This document shows positions 1-10,768 of a DNA stretch of 64,000 nt, piece by piece; positions within the stretch are counted from its first letter, which is position 1, and the number at the start of each line of letters is the position of its first letter. Source of the DNA: Candidatus Bathyarchaeota archaeon. GTDB taxonomy: Archaea; Thermoproteota; Bathyarchaeia; TCS64. The notes beneath the pieces were generated by a model. The model ran no database searches. It saw nothing but the letters and a program-made list of their open reading frames with translations, and was not told the DNA's origin. The stretch spans positions 64,001-128,000 of the forward strand of contig CAVYLP010000002.1 of NCBI GenBank assembly GCA_963769425.1, given 5' to 3'. Position numbers and translations under genes: made by a program.

Positions 1-1
1 A

Positions 2-766
2 TTAGACTAGCCTTCTGTGCGCCCTCTCCCTCTCGTTGACGTATCCCTTCAACATGAAGGGGCTTAGATATAGGACGCTGGAGACAAACACGGATGGGAG
101 CGACTTCTTACTGATCCTGAAGGCCGTTACGCCCCGGAGGTATTGATCCTTCGCGTCTTTCCTGTGCCGCAGATGGACGACGTTAAGCCACACATTCCTC
201 GTGGCGTACTTCTTCTTGATGGAGTTCGAGAGGAATGTGTCCTGCGCCTTCGGTATCCTCTTCACTGCCTCCTCGTCCTCGGTCTCCATCCACGCCCTCT
301 TCGAGAAGAGGAAGACTCCGCTGAAGCCTCTCGCGGGGAAGACCAGAGTGACGAGCCTCTTGACGAAGTAGGTGAGATCGACCGGGTAGTACTTCAAGCC
401 GAAACTCACCAGTTTTATCTCACTTCCCTGAATGGTTGAGGCGTAGTCCTTTACCCGAGGGTCGAGGACGATGTCAGCCGCCATCGTCAGGATCGAGTCA
501 TTTTTTGAGAGTTCGAAACCCATCCTGAATAGTCGGGCGACTCGGTATCGCCAGTCGGGGAAATTCTCCTCCACGTCAACAAGCACTAGATCGCCTTTGT
601 AGTTCAACCTTCTCGACGATGCCTCTATTACATCTCTACTCCTGTCGTTGCACCTATCGAGTATGATTATGATCTGATCCGGTTCAATCGAGAACAGAGT
701 AGGTAGGCTGTAACGTAGGTTATCTTCTTCGTTATGTACGGGCATCACAACCGAGAAAGGCCCCAA
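2..766 (-). CDS. Glycosyltransferase family 2 protein
   Basis: N-terminal SVVMPVHNE...IIILDRCNDRS GT-A motif and a DxD-like AAD; lies next to glmS. Confidence 0.8.
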   Translation of the reverse strand: MGPFSVVMPVHNEEDNLRYSLPTLFSIEPDQIIIILDRCNDRSRDVIEASSRRLNYKGDLVLVDVEENFPDWRYRVARLFRMGFELSKNDSILTMAADIVLDPRVKDYASTIQGSEIKLVSFGLKYYPVDLTYFVKRLVTLVFPARGFSGVFLFSKRAWMETEDEEAVKRIPKAQDTFLSNSIKKKYATRNVWLNVVHLRHRKDAKDQYLRGVTAFRISKKSLPSVFVSSVLYLSPFMLKGYVNERERAHRRLV

Positions 767-913
767 ACTCTACATCGAGATCAGAGCGACCCACTTTTCT
801 GAAAAAGGTTTTGAGGAAACCCACTCGCCCATCAAATACAGGTGGAATTTTACCCTAGTTCATGTTGTTTATATCCGTATCACATAAAAGCACGCACATG
901 AATGGAATATGTG

Positions 914-2737
914 ATGTGCGGCATTTTCGGACTAGTCCAGCGCTCCGGTGACGTCGCTCCCACTATTCTAGAGGGTTTGAGTCGGTTGGAGTACAGGGGT
1001 TATGACTCGACTGGCGTCGCGACAATAGACGATGGCGTCCTCAGGATCAGGAAGGACGCCGGCAAGATCAAGGAGGTAGCAGATCGTCTACATATCGCCG
1101 AAATGAAGGGGAGCATAGGTATAGGTCACACGCGCTGGGCGACCCACGGCGCACCCAACATGATAAACGCCCACCCACATACCGACCAGCACGGTAAGAT
1201 AGCGGTCATCCATAACGGCGTCATAGAAAACTTCCTTGAGCTGAAGCAGGAGCTCCTCGACAAGGGACACAGCTTCGTCTCGAAGACTGATACAGAGGTT
1301 ATCCCTCACCTCATCGAGGAGGAGATGAAAGGGGACGTGGGGCTCGCGGAGGCTACCCTCAGGACCCTAAGGCGCCTGAAGGGTTCCTACGCGGTCTGCG
1401 TGCTATCGAGTCTAGAGCCAGACAAGATCGTCTGCGCTCGACTCGAGAGCCCACTTGTCCTAGGCGTCTCCGAGAATGCGACGTATTGCGCATCCGACGC
1501 GCCGGCAATCCGCCCCTACACGAACAAGGTAGTCTACCTGAGAAACGGAGAACTCGCCACGATAGACGTGAACGGGTACAAGATCGTCAAGGTCTCGGAC
1601 GGCTCGGTTGTTGAGCGTGCGCCCGAAGAGATCACATGGACCCTCGAGATGGCAGAGAAGCAGGATTTCCCCCATTACATGCTAAAGGAGATCTTCGAGC
1701 AACCACTCAGTCTGAGAAATAGCCTCAGACTGCAGGAGAAGTACATGGATCTTCTCACAACATTCCTTGACAGGGGGAAAGAGGTCTATCTTGTGAGTGC
1801 AGGTACCTCACAGCACTCTTGCATCGCGGGGTCCTACATATTCTCGAAAATCGCCCGCCTCACGACTTATCCTGTTGTATCATCCGAATTCGTCGAACGC
1901 TACGGGTCGACAGTGGGCATAGATTCCATTGTTTTAGCGGTGAGCCAATCTGGAGAGACATACGACACACTAAAGGCAGTCGACCACTCCCGGATGAGGG
2001 CGGCGACCGTCCTCGGTCTCACTAACACGGTCGGCTCGACACTCACAAGAGTATCGAGAGCTTATTTGATCCAACAGTCGGGGCCAGAAATAGGTGTCGC
2101 AGCAACGAAGACGTTCACAGCCCAGGTTCTAGTGCTTGCCCAGCTAGCCATGAGGTTGGCAAAATTACGTGGTAAACTTTCTCAGGATGAACTCGATGAG
2201 TATGGCGCGAGTCTACGTAAAATACCAGATATGGTTGAAACTGTTCTAGAAACTACTCATGAGCAAGTGAAGAAAATAGCAAAAGCTGAGAAGGATTCGC
2301 ATCTTTTCCTTTTCCTTGGGAGGGGGATCAGCTCGGCGACGGCGATGGAGGGGCGACTAAAGTTACTTGAGATCACTTATGTCCCCTCCTTAGCCTATCC
2401 CGCTGGCGAGAGCAAGCATGGCCCCATCAGCATCGTCGAGAAGGATACCTCATGCATCTTCGTCTGCCCGCGTGGCGAGACACACGCCGAGATAATCGGT
2501 AGCATCATGGAGATGAAGGCGAGGGGGGCGAGGATCATCTCCATCTGCGAAGAGGGGGACACGAACATAATCGGCATGTCGGATGAGATCATCGAGATGC
2601 CGAAGGGTATACCCGAGCTCCTCTCTCCCGTGCCCTATATTGTGCCTCTGCAGCTTCTCGCCTATGAGCTTGCAATACTCAAAAAGCTGGACCCGGACAA
2701 ACCGCGCAACCTGGCAAAGAGCGTTACAGTCCCGTAG
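914..2737 (+). CDS. glmS: Glutamine--fructose-6-phosphate aminotransferase
   Basis: MCGIFG start with catalytic Cys1 (ATG 914), LEYRGYDS, GHTRWATHG, SQSGET, PRNLAKSVTV. Confidence 0.97.
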   Translation: MCGIFGLVQRSGDVAPTILEGLSRLEYRGYDSTGVATIDDGVLRIRKDAGKIKEVADRLHIAEMKGSIGIGHTRWATHGAPNMINAHPHTDQHGKIAVIHNGVIENFLELKQELLDKGHSFVSKTDTEVIPHLIEEEMKGDVGLAEATLRTLRRLKGSYAVCVLSSLEPDKIVCARLESPLVLGVSENATYCASDAPAIRPYTNKVVYLRNGELATIDVNGYKIVKVSDGSVVERAPEEITWTLEMAEKQDFPHYMLKEIFEQPLSLRNSLRLQEKYMDLLTTFLDRGKEVYLVSAGTSQHSCIAGSYIFSKIARLTTYPVVSSEFVERYGSTVGIDSIVLAVSQSGETYDTLKAVDHSRMRAATVLGLTNTVGSTLTRVSRAYLIQQSGPEIGVAATKTFTAQVLVLAQLAMRLAKLRGKLSQDELDEYGASLRKIPDMVETVLETTHEQVKKIAKAEKDSHLFLFLGRGISSATAMEGRLKLLEITYVPSLAYPAGESKHGPISIVEKDTSCIFVCPRGETHAEIIGSIMEMKARGARIISICEEGDTNIIGMSDEIIEMPKGIPELLSPVPYIVPLQLLAYELAILKKLDPDKPRNLAKSVTVP

Positions 2738-2786
2738 GCTCTGAAAGTCTTTAAACCAACCCTCCTCCATAATCCCCAGACCCAAT

Positions 2787-3989
2787 TTGCTAAACGTCGA
2801 CGCGATCCGTCGGGATTTCCCGATTCTCAATAAGGGTTTGACCTACTTCGACAGCGCCGCAAGTAGTCTCACCCCTGAGCAGGTTGTGCTCAAGGAGATG
2901 GAGTTCTACCACGATTACCGCGCTAACGTCGAGCGGGGGGTCCACCGCTGGAGCCAGCGGGCGAGCGCGGAGTTCGAGATGGCCCATGAGGAGGTTGCGA
3001 GGTTCATTAACGCCCCGGGTCCAGAGAACGTTGCGATGCTCCGGAACACGACGGAGGGCATTAACTTGGTCGCCAACAGCCTCGACTGGAAGAAGGAAGA
3101 CAAAATAGTTACGACCGTAATCGAGCACCACTCCAACTTCATAACCTGGCTCAGGGTGGGTAACAAGTATGGGTGTAAGGTGAACGTCGTTAAGGCGACC
3201 TCCGAGGGTGCGTTCGACCTCGGCGACTTCGAGAAAACCATCGATGATAAGACCAAGATAGTGGCCGTGACGGGCGTCAGCAATGTCCTCGGCGTGATAG
3301 TCCCAGTGAAGGAGATCGCTGAGATCGCACACGAGCATGGTGCGAAGATGCTGGTCGACGGCGCCCAGAGTGTCCCCCATATGAAGACGGACGTCAAGAG
3401 GGACAAGATGGATTTCCTCGCGTTTTCGGGTCATAAAATGCTTGGGCCGACGGGTGTCGGTGGTCTCTACATAGCCGAGGAGGAGCTCTATACGACGGAG
3501 CCTCTCTGCATCGGCGGGGGAACTATAGCTGATGTGAACATTGATAGCTATACGCTGACTGAGCCTCCGCTCCGCTTCGAGGCAGGCACGCCAGCTATAG
3601 CCCAGGTGATCGGCCTCGGGGAGGCATGCAGGTACCTGAACAGGGAGGGTATGGAGAACGTTACACTTTGGGATCACGTTCTAGCGGAGAAGATGGTAGA
3701 GGGGTTATCCGGGATAGAGGGAGTCACTATCTACGGCCCGAAGGATCCGAAGAAGAGGGTGGGGCTGATTACCTTCAATATAAGGGATCTGAACCCAGTC
3801 GACGTCGCCTTGACGCTCGACAACGACTACGCCATCGCAGTCCGCTCGGGGCACCACTGCGCCCTCCCGCTGATGAAGGAACTGTTCAACCTCAACGAGG
3901 GCAACGTCCGGGCCTCATCATATCTGTATAACACGAAGGAGGAGGTAGAGAAGTTAGTAGCCGCGGTCGAGGAGATCGCAAAGCAGTAG
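2787..3989 (+). CDS. sufS: Cysteine desulfurase, SufS/class II
   Basis: YFDSAAS, SGHKMLGPTG (PLP lysine), RSGHHCA (catalytic Cys). Confidence 0.92.
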   Translation: MLNVDAIRRDFPILNKGLTYFDSAASSLTPEQVVLKEMEFYHDYRANVERGVHRWSQRASAEFEMAHEEVARFINAPGPENVAMLRNTTEGINLVANSLDWKKEDKIVTTVIEHHSNFITWLRVGNKYGCKVNVVKATSEGAFDLGDFEKTIDDKTKIVAVTGVSNVLGVIVPVKEIAEIAHEHGAKMLVDGAQSVPHMKTDVKRDKMDFLAFSGHKMLGPTGVGGLYIAEEELYTTEPLCIGGGTIADVNIDSYTLTEPPLRFEAGTPAIAQVIGLGEACRYLNREGMENVTLWDHVLAEKMVEGLSGIEGVTIYGPKDPKKRVGLITFNIRDLNPVDVALTLDNDYAIAVRSGHHCALPLMKELFNLNEGNVRASSYLYNTKEEVEKLVAAVEEIAKQ

Positions 3990-3998
3990 CTAACGATT

Positions 3999-4142
3999 TT
4001 ACTTCGCGAAGCGCTTCGGGTTCTTGTCGAAGGTTATCTTGCAGTTCTCGTTACAGAAGTAGTACTTCTTCCCGTTGAAGTCGCTTGTCCACTTCGCCGT
4101 CTTCTCATCTACCATCATTCCGCAGATCGGGTCTTTCGCCAT
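3999..4142 (-). CDS. YHS-domain small metal-binding protein (47 aa, absent from ORF track)
   Basis: Manual translation MAKDPICGMMVDEKTAKWTSDFNGKKYYFCNENCKITFDKNPKRFAK; DPxCGM...YYFC pattern. Confidence 0.9.
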   Translation of the reverse strand: MAKDPICGMMVDEKTAKWTSDFNGKKYYFCNENCKITFDKNPKRFAK

Positions 4143-4230
4143 ATTGGTCAATTTGACGATCGTTTTCCCTCTTATAGAATCTTACCCATCGGCGAATGGT
4201 CTTTTATTCGGTGGCGAGCCTTATTCTTGC

Positions 4231-5869
4231 ATGAGTTCAAGTGTTAAAGACCTGTTCGGGGCAGACCTTCTGCTCGTGAACGGGAAGATTCTGACCATAG
4301 ACGCGAATGATTCCATAGTGGAGGCCGTCGCCTTAAAGGGCGACAGGATCGTCGCCACCGGCTCTACGGTGGAGATGAAGAAGCTCGCTGCAAAGGGGGC
4401 GAAGGTCATAGACCTCAAGGGGAAGGTAGCTCTCCCCGGCATAATCGACTCCCACACACACCCCCACAACGCCGCGATGAACTTTCTCGAGATAGACTGC
4501 AGGGGCAAAGACATCAAGGGTGTAAAAGACATTCAGGAAGCCGTTCAGAAGAAGGCTAAGGCTCTAGGGCCAGGCAAGTGGGTCCGTGGCAGCGGCTACA
4601 ATGACTCGAAACTGAAAGAGAGGCGCCAGATCACTAGGTGGGAACTGGACGAGGCCGCGCCGAAAAACCCGGTTTACATAGTCTCCGACACAGGGCACCA
4701 GGGTATCGCGAACTCGGTCGCTCTTAACCTCGCTGGAATAACGAGGTCGACGCCGGACCCCGCCGGGGGGCAGATAGACCGCGACGCCAAGGGGGAGTGC
4801 ACCGGCCTCCTCTATGAGACCGCGACGAAGCTGATGTCCGATAAGATCCCCCAGTACACAGTTGAGCAGGTAAGGGAAGGGTTGAGGCAGCTATGGATGC
4901 AGTTCAATGAGTGGGGGATCACATCGACGCACGATGCGAGCGCGCAGATGCTAGGTATCAGGGGTTACCAGCAGCTCCTCGCGGAGGGCTTCAGGAGGAT
5001 GAGGGTCTCCCTTATGGTGAGCATCAAGCCCTGGAGAGCTGGGGACGAGGACATGCTCGATGCCATGGAGGGACTCGGGCTCGAGAGCGGCTTCGGGGAC
5101 GAGTGGCTCAAGGTAATGTCCCTCAAGATCATGGGGGACGGTTCCGGCGCTGGAGGCACATGCGGCGTCTATACCCCCCAGCACAGGGGGCCCAAGGGGC
5201 TAGGGCTAATGACGACGCCCTCTGAGGAGATGGATAAGATTGTGATGCGGGCCCACATGGCCGGGCTCCGTGTGAGCATCCACAGCATCGGTGATAGGGG
5301 CGTCGACATCGCCCTCGACGCGATAGAGAAGGCGCAGAAGGCGAAGCCCGTCGCGGACATGCGCCACCGCATCGAACACAACAGCTGCTGCACCCCGAAG
5401 CAGCTTAAGAGGATGAAGAAGCTCGGCGTTGTACCGTCAAGCAGCATTGGCTACATGTATGGTCTCGGTGACCAGTACGCGGAGAACTTCGGGCCGGAGA
5501 GGGTCCGGTGGCTCCACCCGCACAAGACCCTGAAGGAGATGGACATAATCGCGGGCGGTAATAGCGACTGCCCAGTGACCTTCTACAGCCCCTGGGTGCA
5601 GATATACGCCGCAGTGACGAGAAAATCGAGCAGCGGTCAGGTCGTGGGCCCCGAGGAGGCTATCGGCATCATGGATGCCCTCAGGGTTTACACGATCAAC
5701 GGCGCGTATCTATCGAAGGAAGAGGCCCTCAAGGGCAGCATCGAGGCGGGTAAGCTCGCTGACATGATCGTGCTCGACAGGGACGTGACAGACTATCCCC
5801 TCTGATGAGATCAAGGACGTCAAGGTGCTGACGACGATAGTCGGCGGGAAGATAGTCTACGAGAAGTAG
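4231..5869 (+). CDS. YtcJ-like metal-dependent amidohydrolase (frameshift near 5790)
   Basis: PGIIDSHTH, HSIGD, RIEH, GSIEAGKLAD; C-terminus TIPSDEIKDVKVLTTIVGGKIVYEK continues in another frame. Confidence 0.88.
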
Positions 5870-5874
5870 CCGGG

Positions 5875-7290
5875 TCAGTAGGGGAGTTTACCCTGCCAGA
5901 TCTTCTTCTGGTCGGGGTGCTCCTCGAAGAACTTGTCGATTATTGCGTCGCATGTTTTCTGCGCGGTGGTTAGCGCTTTCTTCATGTCGATTGTCTGCAT
6001 CTCACCGTCTTTCTTGAGCCACTTGCCGTCGCAGATGACGTTGTCGATGTCTCCTGGATTGGCGTAGAGGAGGACGCTGGTGAGTGGCTCGCGGGTCGGC
6101 GTGAGGTAGGGGTTGACCATGTTGATGGTGATGATGTCCGCCTTCTTGCCGGGCTCGATGCTCCCGACCTTGTCGGCGATGCCGAGTGCCTCTGCTCCGC
6201 CCCGCGTGGCGCGTTCGAGCAGATCGTAGAAGCTGGGGCGTGCGGTCCTGCGGCTGTCGTTGATCATGCCGTCGGCGCCCCCTACGAGCCTCGCGCGCGT
6301 CATCTGACCCTGGCGTATCTCGCGTAGCAGGTCGTTCATGTTGTGGAAGTAGTCGTCCGTGCCGAAGCCGACGGGAATGCCGCGGTCGATCCATGTGTTT
6401 AGTGGGTTCTCGACGGCGTGGCAATGGAGGATCGCCATGCCGGTCTTTTGGACAAGCTGCATGTCCTTCTCGGTGGCGTATGTGAGGTGGGCTCCGCTGA
6501 GCTTCTCGTCCATGACGCCGAGGTCGTATAGGTGTTGTGGAGGGGTCTTACCGTAGAGCTTCATGACCTGTCTGTACTCGCGCATGCTCTGGCTGAGGTG
6601 TGTAGTCATTCGTAGGTCGTGCTTGTCGGCAAAGTCCTTGCATTTGTGGTAGACCTCTGGCTCGGCCATGTCGGGGGCCTTTGGGCACATGATGGTGGTT
6701 ATCCTTCCCTCAGCCTTGCCGTGCCAGTTGGCGTAAAGGTCGGTGGCGCGCCTAATGGCCTTGTCCCGCTTGTCCGGGAGGTACTCAAAGATGCCGCCCC
6801 TGAGCTTCTCGAGGTCAACGTGCTCGATGTCCCCCGCGATTATGCAGCGGTTGCCCGCCTGGTTGACCGCCTTGGCCCAGCCGTCGGGGTAGGTGTAGAC
6901 GAGCATGCTCGTGGTGCATCCGCCGTAGATGAGCTCGGCGCAGCTGGCGGCTCCTAAGGTGTCCATCTGCTCCTCCCTGCGGTAGCCCTCCAGGGGGAGG
7001 TTTGTCTCGAAGAAGTCGCCCATGAGCTCGTAGACTCCTCGGAAGTACTGCTGGAGGTGTGTGTGGGCGTTGACGAAGCCGGGCATGACGACATGGTTGG
7101 AGGCGTCGAGGGTGTACTCGGGGCTCCGTGGGGGTTTCACCTTCTTCCCGACTTCGGCTATGTGGTCGTCCTCTATGAGGACCTCACCGTGTGGGTAGAC
7201 GTGCTTCGCTTTGTCCATGGTGGCAATGAAGGCGTTCTTGATGTGGATGCTGGTCACGGTTTTCACCTTTCGGGTGTATGTGTGTGACAC
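5875..7290 (-). CDS. Amidohydrolase, MTA/SAH-deaminase/AtzA-like
   Basis: PGFVNAHTH, THLSQ, GTDD, GSIEPGKKAD motifs. Confidence 0.85.
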   Translation of the reverse strand: MSHTYTRKVKTVTSIHIKNAFIATMDKAKHVYPHGEVLIEDDHIAEVGKKVKPPRSPEYTLDASNHVVMPGFVNAHTHLQQYFRGVYELMGDFFETNLPLEGYRREEQMDTLGAASCAELIYGGCTTSMLVYTYPDGWAKAVNQAGNRCIIAGDIEHVDLEKLRGGIFEYLPDKRDKAIRRATDLYANWHGKAEGRITTIMCPKAPDMAEPEVYHKCKDFADKHDLRMTTHLSQSMREYRQVMKLYGKTPPQHLYDLGVMDEKLSGAHLTYATEKDMQLVQKTGMAILHCHAVENPLNTWIDRGIPVGFGTDDYFHNMNDLLREIRQGQMTRARLVGGADGMINDSRRTARPSFYDLLERATRGGAEALGIADKVGSIEPGKKADIITINMVNPYLTPTREPLTSVLLYANPGDIDNVICDGKWLKKDGEMQTIDMKKALTTAQKTCDAIIDKFFEEHPDQKKIWQGKLPY

Positions 7291-7436
7291 CCTGTTTTTA
7301 GCGTCTCTGCCTCACCAGGGTGAATAATGTGCTACCAATAATAACAAGAAAAAAAATATTTGGTAGTGAATATGTGCTCCTTTTACCTAGATCCGATCGC
7401 GCTTGAAAACTGTATATCTGGGGTACCCACCTTCCC

Positions 7437-8351
7437 CTACCTTTTCTCCAGGAGCTGGCAGACTCGGCATGTGTCTCCGACGGATGGCTCGCCGCATATC
7501 CTGCATGTCTTCATGGCCTCGGTGGCAGTGGCGGCGGGGATGAGTTTGAGGGCGGTATTGAATGTTGTAAAGAGTGTGCCCGGGCGCCTAGCCTCCATCT
7601 CGCCTAGGAAGGCGCGCGCGTCTCCCCTCATCGCCTCCCCCGCGTAGGGGCAGGCGGTTGATTGGAGCTCGAAGCCCTGCAGGTAGGCGTAGAGGGTCGT
7701 CTCCCTCTCCGGGACCTCGCATAGTGGCTTGATCCGTCTGACGAAGCTGGGGCTCGTGTAGCCTCCTGGATCGAGGCTCACCATCTTTCCAATGTCGCCG
7801 CGCAAGAGGTTGAGTAGGGCAGACTGCGCCATGTCGTCGAGGGTATGGCCCGTGGCTAACCTGTCGGCGTTGACGCACTTCGCCGCCTCGTTCAGGGCCC
7901 GACGCCTGAGGACGCCGCAGAAACTGCACGCCCCGAGCGTCCTCTCCGAGGCCGCTATATCATCCATAGTGTACCCAAACAGGTCGATGAAGTTTACGCT
8001 CACCCATTCGACCCCCATCTCTCGGCAGCTCCGCTCTACTATCCCGAGAGCCTCATCTCTGTACCCCTTGATGCCCTCGTCCACGGTGACGGCGATGAGC
8101 TCTGAGCCGTGTGTCCCCTCCTCGATCACCTTTAGGATGTGGAGGAGAGTGAGGCTATCCTTGCCACCGCTGACACCTACGGCGACGCGGCTCCAGTGGT
8201 CGAGCATCTCGAACCGGTTGATTGCCCCCTGTACCCGCTCCCTGAGGCTCGCCTTGAAACATGTAGGGCAGAGCCTCTCCCCGCTGTAGGCCCGGAAGTA
8301 GACCGAGGGATGCTCGTGGCACTTCGTGCAGATTGACGACACGCGCGTCAT
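7437..8351 (-). CDS. ttuA: tRNA 2-thiolation enzyme, TtuA/NcsA family
   Basis: N- and C-terminal Zn fingers, PP-loop SGGKDS, CSFCG, GHTLDD, CPY. Confidence 0.88.
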   Translation of the reverse strand: MTRVSSICTKCHEHPSVYFRAYSGERLCPTCFKASLRERVQGAINRFEMLDHWSRVAVGVSGGKDSLTLLHILKVIEEGTHGSELIAVTVDEGIKGYRDEALGIVERSCREMGVEWVSVNFIDLFGYTMDDIAASERTLGACSFCGVLRRRALNEAAKCVNADRLATGHTLDDMAQSALLNLLRGDIGKMVSLDPGGYTSPSFVRRIKPLCEVPERETTLYAYLQGFELQSTACPYAGEAMRGDARAFLGEMEARRPGTLFTTFNTALKLIPAATATEAMKTCRICGEPSVGDTCRVCQLLEKR

Positions 8352-8620
8352 CAGCCCCCATGCGTGACTGGCACGAACACGACCTCCGAGCCCTCGGCTA
8401 GCGGAGTATTTTGTCCGGTTAGGTTCCCGACCTCGATCCCACCGAGCATAATCAGGTTGTTCGTGGATGAGTTTCGAAGCGATGAGGAGATTTCTGGGTA
8501 CAGTCTCGACAGTTCCTCGATTAATGATGTTATTTTGGAGTCGGCTGGGAGTTCCACCTCGATCCCCCCCTGTATCTTGGGGAGTCTCAGCGACCCGAGC
8601 AGCCTGACCCTAACCAACAT
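8351..8620 (-). CDS. MoaD/ThiS/SAMP ubiquitin-like sulfur carrier
   Basis: 89 aa ending PVTHGG; its stop overlaps the ttuA start. Confidence 0.9.
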   Translation of the reverse strand: MLVRVRLLGSLRLPKIQGGIEVELPADSKITSLIEELSRLYPEISSSLRNSSTNNLIMLGGIEVGNLTGQNTPLAEGSEVVFVPVTHGG

Positions 8621-8746
8621 CGTCTCTCTCTGCCCCGCGCGCCCTATTAAGCATCATCAAGTCTGAGAAGGGTTTAAACCGTAGCCCACTAAATAGTGGG
8701 ACGAATTGCGCCTGCCGAAGGCGTAAAGCTATGGGAGAGACCGGAA

Positions 8747-8968
8747 ATGTCACCGTATTGCCCAGACTGTGGTGGAAAGCTGAACTGGGACCGGAAACTC
8801 AAACACTATAGTTGTGAGAGCTGCGGCGTCACGTTCAACGAGGCTCAGCTCAGCGATGCGATGGACAAGAAGTTTGAGCGCCCGCTGAGCGAAGACGAAA
8901 AGACTCGCCAGAGGCACGACGACTATCTCGAATGGTGGTTGAGCGACAAGGACAAGAAAAAGAAGTAA
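8747..8968 (+). CDS. Small zinc-ribbon protein
   Basis: CPDCGG...CESCG pairs. Confidence 0.7.
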   Translation: MSPYCPDCGGKLNWDRKLKHYSCESCGVTFNEAQLSDAMDKKFERPLSEDEKTRQRHDDYLEWWLSDKDKKKK

Positions 8969-9113
8969 GCAGAGCGACGACCCACGTTTTTTATTTCGTC
9001 ATTATAGGGACGTCCACGTAATTACTGTAAGAGTTCACCCAAACTACCGAGCATCATCATTTTAAACAACGGCAGCCATTAACCACAGTGGACCGTTTCA
9101 GGATGCATTTCCC

Positions 9114-9767
9114 ATGGTATTCCCAGTAGAGAGCGAAGACAGGACACTCCGTAACCTGTTGATGCTCTGTCAGGACAACGCTCGCCTAGTGGTCGAAGCC
9201 TACCGCAAGTCCCTCATAGTCTTCGACCGGATAACCAAGGGGAAACCGATGGCAAGTGGTAACCCGCTGGCCGACATCCAGAAGATCATCGAGGACTCGA
9301 ACAGGGTCAAGGGCTCCACTGTTAAGGAGCTGGGGGAGATCGGCGGCATCCTTGTTAGCAGGGATGACTTCCTCCGACTCTCAAGCAGCTTCTCGGGCAT
9401 GATGGACTCGATCGAGGTCATCACGATGAGGCTAGTTGAGGTCGAGGCCCGTGGGTGGAAGCTTAGCAAGACACAGGCGGAGGACATGGGGGCCATGTCA
9501 GACCTCGGCTTCGACGCCTTAGTGAAGCTGAGGGACAGCATCATGAGCCTCGGATTTAACAGCGAGAAGGCCACTAACTTCGCCAAGGACATCGACGAGA
9601 TCGAGAAGAAGCTCGACCTTCTCTACATTAAGTTGGACCTCGACATCGTCACGGGCAAGAGCGAACTGCCCGCCATACTAATCAACAGGGACGTTGCGCG
9701 CGAACTTGAGCGCCTCGGCGACAAGGTCCACGATGCGAGCGACCTCGTCAGAATACTAGCGCTCTAG
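9114..9767 (+). CDS. DUF47/PhoU-like helical-bundle protein
   Basis: Two helical repeats with EKKLD...LERLGDKVHDASD pattern. Confidence 0.75.
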   Translation: MVFPVESEDRTLRNLLMLCQDNARLVVEAYRKSLIVFDRITKGKPMASGNPLADIQKIIEDSNRVKGSTVKELGEIGGILVSRDDFLRLSSSFSGMMDSIEVITMRLVEVEARGWKLSKTQAEDMGAMSDLGFDALVKLRDSIMSLGFNSEKATNFAKDIDEIEKKLDLLYIKLDLDIVTGKSELPAILINRDVARELERLGDKVHDASDLVRILAL

Positions 9768-9778
9768 GTGGGCTGGCG

Positions 9779-10324
9779 TTGGCAACGCCCGTCGAAGTCG
9801 AGCTACTCGTCGACGGGAGACTCGTAGTCTGGTCCACCGAGGACAGTAGAAACCTCTTCAACTCCGACTTCTACGGTAAGCCTCTGGGCAACCCGAAGCC
9901 GAAGGAGGACTTCGACGAGCCCCTCATCCTCGACCTCATCGAGGGCATCTACCTCCTTGAAAAGAAGGCAGTGACGGTCCGTTCCAACAAGCGGAAACTG
10001 ACCGTGGCTGGCCTGAGGAAGGTGGCGCGTGAGAAACTGGAGAGCTTCGACGCGAAGTACAGCGTCTATCATGACCTTAGGGATAAGGGATTCGTCGTTA
10101 CCCCCGGCTTGAAGTACGGTTGCGACTTCGCCGTCTACGAGCACGGCCCCGGGATCGACCACGCTCCATACATTATACAGGTAATGTCCAGGGATGACCA
10201 GATGTCAGCGTTAGACATAGTCAAGGCGGGGCGCCTGGCCTCGACGGTGAGGAAGACCTTTATAGCGGCTATTCCTGACCGCGACGGCGTCGAGTACCTT
10301 GAGTTTAAATGGTGGAAGGCCTAA
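9779..10324 (+). CDS. endA: tRNA-intron endonuclease, catalytic subunit
   Basis: GLKYGCDFAVY..GPGIDHAPY and RLASTVRK carry the Tyr/His/Lys triad. Confidence 0.95.
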   Translation: MATPVEVELLVDGRLVVWSTEDSRNLFNSDFYGKPLGNPKPKEDFDEPLILDLIEGIYLLEKKAVTVRSNKRKLTVAGLRKVAREKLESFDAKYSVYHDLRDKGFVVTPGLKYGCDFAVYEHGPGIDHAPYIIQVMSRDDQMSALDIVKAGRLASTVRKTFIAAIPDRDGVEYLEFKWWKA

Positions 10325-10378
10325 TCAGTTTCGTAACCTCGTTTTACCACTCCATTAATCCTTTATTAGCTCGGGTAG

Positions 10379-10765
10379 GTGGCGTCTTGGGCGTGCTGGA
10401 TGGCTCCGAATGCCACGTTGGCGGCTGAGCTCCGGGAACTAGATGAGATAATGGAGAGGCGGCACGAAAAACTCCGAAAGGTCCTCACCACACTCAAGGA
10501 CGGCATCTCGGGCCTCCCAGTAAGGGACCCGAGAAGCGTCAAGAAGATTGAGACACACCTACATCTAATCGACCTCTCGTTCGAGGAGGTCGACCGGGAG
10601 CAGATGAGATACAGGGAGTGGCTGGACCTCGCGTCCCAGAACCGGAGTGGTATATCCGACGAGACTCTCGGACGACTGAGTGAGTATCGGCGGAAGATGG
10701 GGGCGGAGACCGACGAGGAGATGATAGAGGAGCTCCTCAGAGTTGTAGAAGTGAGGTCTCGGTAG
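10379..10765 (+). CDS. Hypothetical helical protein
   Basis: ORF fills the gap between endA and truD; start uncertain. Confidence 0.5.
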   Translation: MASWACWMAPNATLAAELRELDEIMERRHEKLRKVLTTLKDGISGLPVRDPRSVKKIETHLHLIDLSFEEVDREQMRYREWLDLASQNRSGISDETLGRLSEYRRKMGAETDEEMIEELLRVVEVRSR

Positions 10766-10768
10766 AGC

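Noticed and set aside
7437-8620. SAMP-TtuA pair as a novel system
   Set aside because: This is the established archaeal tRNA 2-thiolation arrangement.
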